This document shows, piece after piece, positions 60,326 through 64,000 of a stretch of DNA of 64,000 nt; position 1 is the first letter of the stretch, and each line of letters begins with the position of its first letter. Both the position numbers and the translations under genes were made by a program. The DNA lies in the IMG/VR virus record IMGVR_UViG_3300046170_000148, positions 1 through 64,000 of that record. One strand, 5' to 3'. This stretch comes from a virus. The notes under the pieces are model-generated. The model worked only from the letters and a program-made list of their open reading frames with translations. It did no database searches and had not been told where the DNA came from.

Positions 60326-60402
60326 TGGTGAACGCACAGGGACTTGAACCCCGAACCTACAGCTTAGAAGGCTGTTGCTCTATCCAGTTGAGCTATGCGT
60401 CC
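60326..60402 (-). tRNA. tRNA-Arg(UCU)
   Basis: GGACGCATAGCTCAACTGGATAGAGCAACAGCCT-TCT-AAGCTGTAGGTTCGGGGTTCAAGTCCCTGTGCGTTCACCA; full cloverleaf with encoded CCA. Confidence 0.97.
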
Positions 60403-60416
60403 TCGATTGTTTTTAT

Positions 60417-60445
60417 ATAATAACACAATCGGTTGTCAAAGTCAA
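60417..60445 (-). promoter_or_regulatory. sigma70-type promoter for tRNA
   Basis: TTGACT-N17-TATTAT with TG. Confidence 0.6.
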
Positions 60446-61081
60446 GACTTTTTTTTAGTCACTACGTTTATTTTTACATTATCTGGGACAGGAAACTTGA
60501 TATCACTATGGTTATGATACAGATGGAACTGGACTTTTTTGAATTCATTAAACATACCAACCCATACATGTCTCCAGTTATCATTCAGTCGAACTGTGTT
60601 CTGTGTTGAACGGTCTGATTCCAATAACAAGTCCGTGAAACTCTCTAGGTTCATATCGAAGATACTATCGAAACCGTAGATGTGAACCTCTGTTGCCTTC
60701 ATCTTTTTGCAAGCGTAGTGAACCGCAAAATGACCACAGTTGAAATTAGTGGCCGCCTGACCTTTGGATTGACCTTCTCGTGCTGCATACTCTGGAACTT
60801 CAAGATGAAAACCCTTGATAAGATGTGAGTATTTCATGTAGAATGTTCCGCTTTGTTCCATCCAAATCTTTGGACGATTACCCAGAACCCAATCATACAT
60901 GTCAAGTTTGATATGACCTTCTTGTAGTGCCATCATCATCTTGAAGTCAACCATACAGGTCGCCCAGACTTCCTTACGAGGAATTGCAAACGGTGGCATA
61001 TTACATATTAATAGTTTGCCCTTTGTCCCTCTCTGGAACATACCAGCGCTAGGGGCCATTTCCTAATACGTTAACTCTCAT
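60442..61081 (-). CDS. putative sialyltransferase-like/Maf-like glycosyltransferase (extra base in G4 run 61052-61055)
   Basis: Repaired start MRVNVLGNGPS, LICN, NCGHFA, VHIYGFD; GNGPS and IYG.D motifs typical of Cst-II/GT29/DUF115-type folds. Confidence 0.6.
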
Positions 61082-61779
61082 TCATAGTCTCCATATCCGA
61101 ACATCTCAATCTCATCACTATACTTTTCTGTAATCCATTTCTTCATGTGAGGTTGAATCAAATCGTTACTATTTCTGATTCCCATCAGGTGCTTAAAACT
61201 TTTATTTTTATGAATACCCAAGTCGAGTTCGAACCCCAGATAATCATTTAGAATATGTATATCGTTTTTTAAGTTCTCAAACTTCATAACTGTGTCTGTC
61301 TCTTTGACCCATGTTGATAACGGGTGGACAAAGATGTGAGACCATTGTTTCTCATGTTCTTCCTTCAACCAGTATTCGAAGTTGAAGTCATTCAAATAGT
61401 CTCCATCCTTCTCCCACGCAGGGCCGTCCTTCATCACCCGATACAGAAACGCACCCATCAATCTATCCCACGGGTTTCGTATCACTGCAAAGATTTTGTA
61501 GTCACACCATCTCTCATCACGTTTCTCAAGAAGATGTCTCTCAAGGTGATGGGGATATTGTGCGAGGTCATGACTCTCCCGATGCGTTATCTTCTCAGAA
61601 TGAAATGCAGGAGACCCGTCATTCTCACCCTTGAGACTTCGTATTCGTTCTGCGACTGCCTTACCTCTACCGATATAATAGTCGTTACCAAGAGTTCTTT
61701 CCAGTTCACCCTTGATGGTTGTTCCCGCAGATTTGGGAACATGGATGAACCCCATTTGTTTAGTCGATGAGAGAAACAT
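61078..61779 (-). CDS. sulfotransferase family protein
   Basis: FIHVPKSAGTT (5'-PSB), F..IRNPWDRL (3'-PB), KFENL, Y.D....FGY. Confidence 0.88.
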   Translation of the reverse strand: MFLSSTKQMGFIHVPKSAGTTIKGELERTLGNDYYIGRGKAVAERIRSLKGENDGSPAFHSEKITHRESHDLAQYPHHLERHLLEKRDERWCDYKIFAVIRNPWDRLMGAFLYRVMKDGPAWEKDGDYLNDFNFEYWLKEEHEKQWSHIFVHPLSTWVKETDTVMKFENLKNDIHILNDYLGFELDLGIHKNKSFKHLMGIRNSNDLIQPHMKKWITEKYSDEIEMFGYGDYE

Positions 61780-62176
61780 GTTTCCTATTCTCTAAGTGTT
61801 GTTCTTCAATGGCATCTTTGGACTGACCCATATAACGAACCGCATGGTGCTTCTCAATCATATAGTCATTGATTGATTGGTCTGCGTAGTTTGTGGTTCT
61901 CCACAACTCACCTAGAATACGACCAAACTTACCCTTACCGTCTTTATGTGTTTTCAAAACAATACCGCCTTCATCATCCAACAAACCAGTCAGAAAGTCC
62001 TTTGCGGCAAGACCATATTTCTTTTCTTCTAAGTCGCGAGTTCTCGATTCAGGAGTGTCGATACCATACATCCGAATACGTTGCTTACGCATCCACACAC
62101 CAAAGCCGAGGTCGATATCAACGTCAACTGTGTCGCCGTCAATAATCTTCACGACATTACATCTATATTCATACAT
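61760..62176 (-). CDS. thermonuclease (SNase-like) nuclease
   Basis: IIDGDTVDVDIDLGF, RIRMYGIDTPESRT, GKFGRILG. Confidence 0.88.
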   Translation of the reverse strand: MYEYRCNVVKIIDGDTVDVDIDLGFGVWMRKQRIRMYGIDTPESRTRDLEEKKYGLAAKDFLTGLLDDEGGIVLKTHKDGKGKFGRILGELWRTTNYADQSINDYMIEKHHAVRYMGQSKDAIEEQHLENRKHVSLID

Positions 62177-62819
62177 TCATTTGTTTCCTTATTGCTTGAT
62201 TACCTTTTTCACCTGTATGGTGAACAATTAGTGGCTTCCTCACTGCGATACCATCTTGATAGTCGATACGCAATGTATTATATGTGTGAGGTAATGGATT
62301 TATATATGCAAGTTTTTTCAACTCATCTCCACCCATCATAAAGTAGAGAACCTCTTGGTCACCCTGCACTGGATTACTAACACAGTTACTTGCCCAGTCC
62401 CCAAGTATTGTGGGTGTTCCTTCAATCAGAACAACACCAGAATTATACCATTTACCCATCTCATTCCTTCGAGCAGTCCACGGTCTATCCTCTACCATAC
62501 CAAGTTTGTTTGGTTCAGACAGGTCAAAGATATGTTCTATATTCCCTTTGATTTCACAATCAGTATCAATCCAACAAACCTTGTCAACATCTCTGAGACG
62601 TGAGGTTGTCAGTATCGCACGGGGTTTCTTGAACCAACCCTTTTCCTGCGATTTGATAGGAATGATATGATACATGGATATGTGACTCAACATCTCTTCG
62701 GACATACCGAAGTCAGCAATGATGAGGCGACCTTCATTGTGTCGTTCAAAGTTATGAATGAACCACGGGAGTTGCCACTCTGTGTTGATATCACATCCAG
62801 TTAGAAATACTTCACGCAT
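62169..62819 (-). CDS. GT-A glycosyltransferase
   Basis: GWFKKP, WIDTDCE (DxD), YNSGVV, GDQEVL, HHTG.KG. Confidence 0.8.
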   Translation of the reverse strand: MREVFLTGCDINTEWQLPWFIHNFERHNEGRLIIADFGMSEEMLSHISMYHIIPIKSQEKGWFKKPRAILTTSRLRDVDKVCWIDTDCEIKGNIEHIFDLSEPNKLGMVEDRPWTARRNEMGKWYNSGVVLIEGTPTILGDWASNCVSNPVQGDQEVLYFMMGGDELKKLAYINPLPHTYNTLRIDYQDGIAVRKPLIVHHTGEKGNQAIRKQMNV

Positions 62820-63459
62820 CGATAATCTTATACTCCGTCTTCCAGTTATGTTTTGCAAGACAACCTTCTTCTACCTGAATCGTGGTGAAACTATCTTGTG
62901 CCTCTGCACAGAATGGATAGTATTCCTGTAACCACGGAAAAGTATCTAGGTTCAGATACACATCAGTTGGTTTCGCGAACTTAGGTGCAGCCTCTACTAG
63001 CTTCTTCGCGCCTGCGGGCGTGACCATGTATGCGTGTGCGCCTGGGAAGTATCGTTTGGTGGTCAGAGTATTTACACCTAAATTCTGTGGAATATTGAAC
63101 CGACCATATGATGGCGCACCAATGTTCATCGCATACTGAAATGGTTGGGTTGGGAGGGGTGCGGTGATGACCGCATCGTGTTCAAAGATTGCGTAGGTCT
63201 CTTTACCTGATGCACATTCTTTCCACAACGAATAGTGTGACAGGAATGCAGAGATACAATTTAGATTACGAGAGTATCTCTCGTCAAATGCGCTTGGTGG
63301 AATACGTTCACGTTCTAGTAGTTCGAGTGGTTCGTCATTAGGTGTTATGGCACGAAACCATTCTACAGTCACACCGTGTTTTTTACCTGACGCAATACAT
63401 CGTTCTGCGACATCGATACTCGATGAATTGTTGATTAGTGTAATTACTTTTGCTTTCAT
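62812..63459 (-). CDS. glycosyltransferase family 25-like
   Basis: FLSHYSLW, IFEHDA, GAHAY.VTP.GAKKL, P.D. Confidence 0.85.
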   Translation of the reverse strand: MKAKVITLINNSSSIDVAERCIASGKKHGVTVEWFRAITPNDEPLELLERERIPPSAFDERYSRNLNCISAFLSHYSLWKECASGKETYAIFEHDAVITAPLPTQPFQYAMNIGAPSYGRFNIPQNLGVNTLTTKRYFPGAHAYMVTPAGAKKLVEAAPKFAKPTDVYLNLDTFPWLQEYYPFCAEAQDSFTTIQVEEGCLAKHNWKTEYKIIDA

Positions 63460-64000
63460 GACGTTGTGGTTGAGACCAACCCCCTCTGAATAGTTGTATA
63501 GTAAGGATAGACCACTTGCATCCACGGAAAGAACTGTCTGTTCATGATTGCATCATTGGGCCACATTCCAATACTCTCTGTCATTTTTAATACTTTCTTT
63601 GCACCTTTTGGTGTAATTATATATGCAGAATTTCCAGCGAGTCCGTGAGGATAGTTGTCCTCAAGGTCTGGAACTGGTTGTAACCCCATACGCGAACTGA
63701 CCTTCGAATGAAACAAACTCGCCTTTCGAGTTGCACCACGAGGGTCATTGAGTCCTACTATACCACCTTTGAACCCATCTGTCAAGTCCGAAAATCTAAA
63801 CTTGCGAGTGAAGAGTGCATCATGTTCCAGAACCATAATCGGTTCGTCAAGGTCGATTGACTTCTGCCATAGACGCATGTGACTCACCATACACGCAATA
63901 CGATTCTGTAGGTCTGCGGTCTGATAGTGTTGAAGGTATAGTCCTGTCGCAAAGTCCATACCATCTTGACTTGGTTTGGTTGGATATGTCCAATCAAGTT
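63456..64000 (-). CDS. glycosyltransferase family 25-like (5' end outside window)
   Basis: ACMVSHMRLW, VLEHDA, GNSAYIITPKGAKK, PND. Confidence 0.85.
   Translation of the reverse strand, partial: LDWTYPTKPSQDGMDFATGLYLQHYQTADLQNRIACMVSHMRLWQKSIDLDEPIMVLEHDALFTRKFRFSDLTDGFKGGIVGLNDPRGATRKASLFHSKVSSRMGLQPVPDLEDNYPHGLAGNSAYIITPKGAKKVLKMTESIGMWPNDAIMNRQFFPWMQVVYPYYTTIQRGLVSTTTS

Noticed and set aside
1713-61081. Alternative genetic code or stop-codon readthrough explaining broken genes
   Set aside because: Breaks change frame rather than being in-frame stops; TAA, TGA and TAG all serve as normal terminators.

Overview
64 kb of a T4-like (myovirus) phage genome, about 41% GC, with gene order resembling marine T4-like phages; host not determinable. 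Bases 1-48.3 kb (minus strand) hold the virion module: gp23 (partial), gp22, gp21, two small core genes, gp20-gp13, a giant fibre, a glycosyltransferase/oxygenase cassette, two paralogous tetrapeptide-repeat fibres, a coiled-coil protein, a VrlC/DUF4815-like protein, gp8, gp9-like, gp7-like, gp6, gp25, a split gp5 locus, hub, gp53 and gp48. Next come plus-strand gp4, gp2, gp54-like, gp26, gp51 and tape measure, then gp32, gp33, small early genes, a late-expressed kinase cluster, tRNA-Arg(UCU) and a glycan-modification cluster. At least 12 sites carry single extra bases that split conserved genes, most likely sequencing errors; repaired genes are reported. Best candidates for a new system: (1) two fibre proteins whose tetrapeptide repeats are mirror-complementary around a tip, like an RNA stem-loop written in amino acids - one a simple 40-unit hairpin, the other a three-way-junction Y with two tip domains; (2) strong Asp-Ser enrichment in outer virion proteins alongside several phage glycosyltransferases, suggesting virion glycosylation; (3) a candidate -1 programmed frameshift joining gp26 to gp51 just upstream of the tape measure. 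All product calls come from recognised motifs and synteny; no database search was run.
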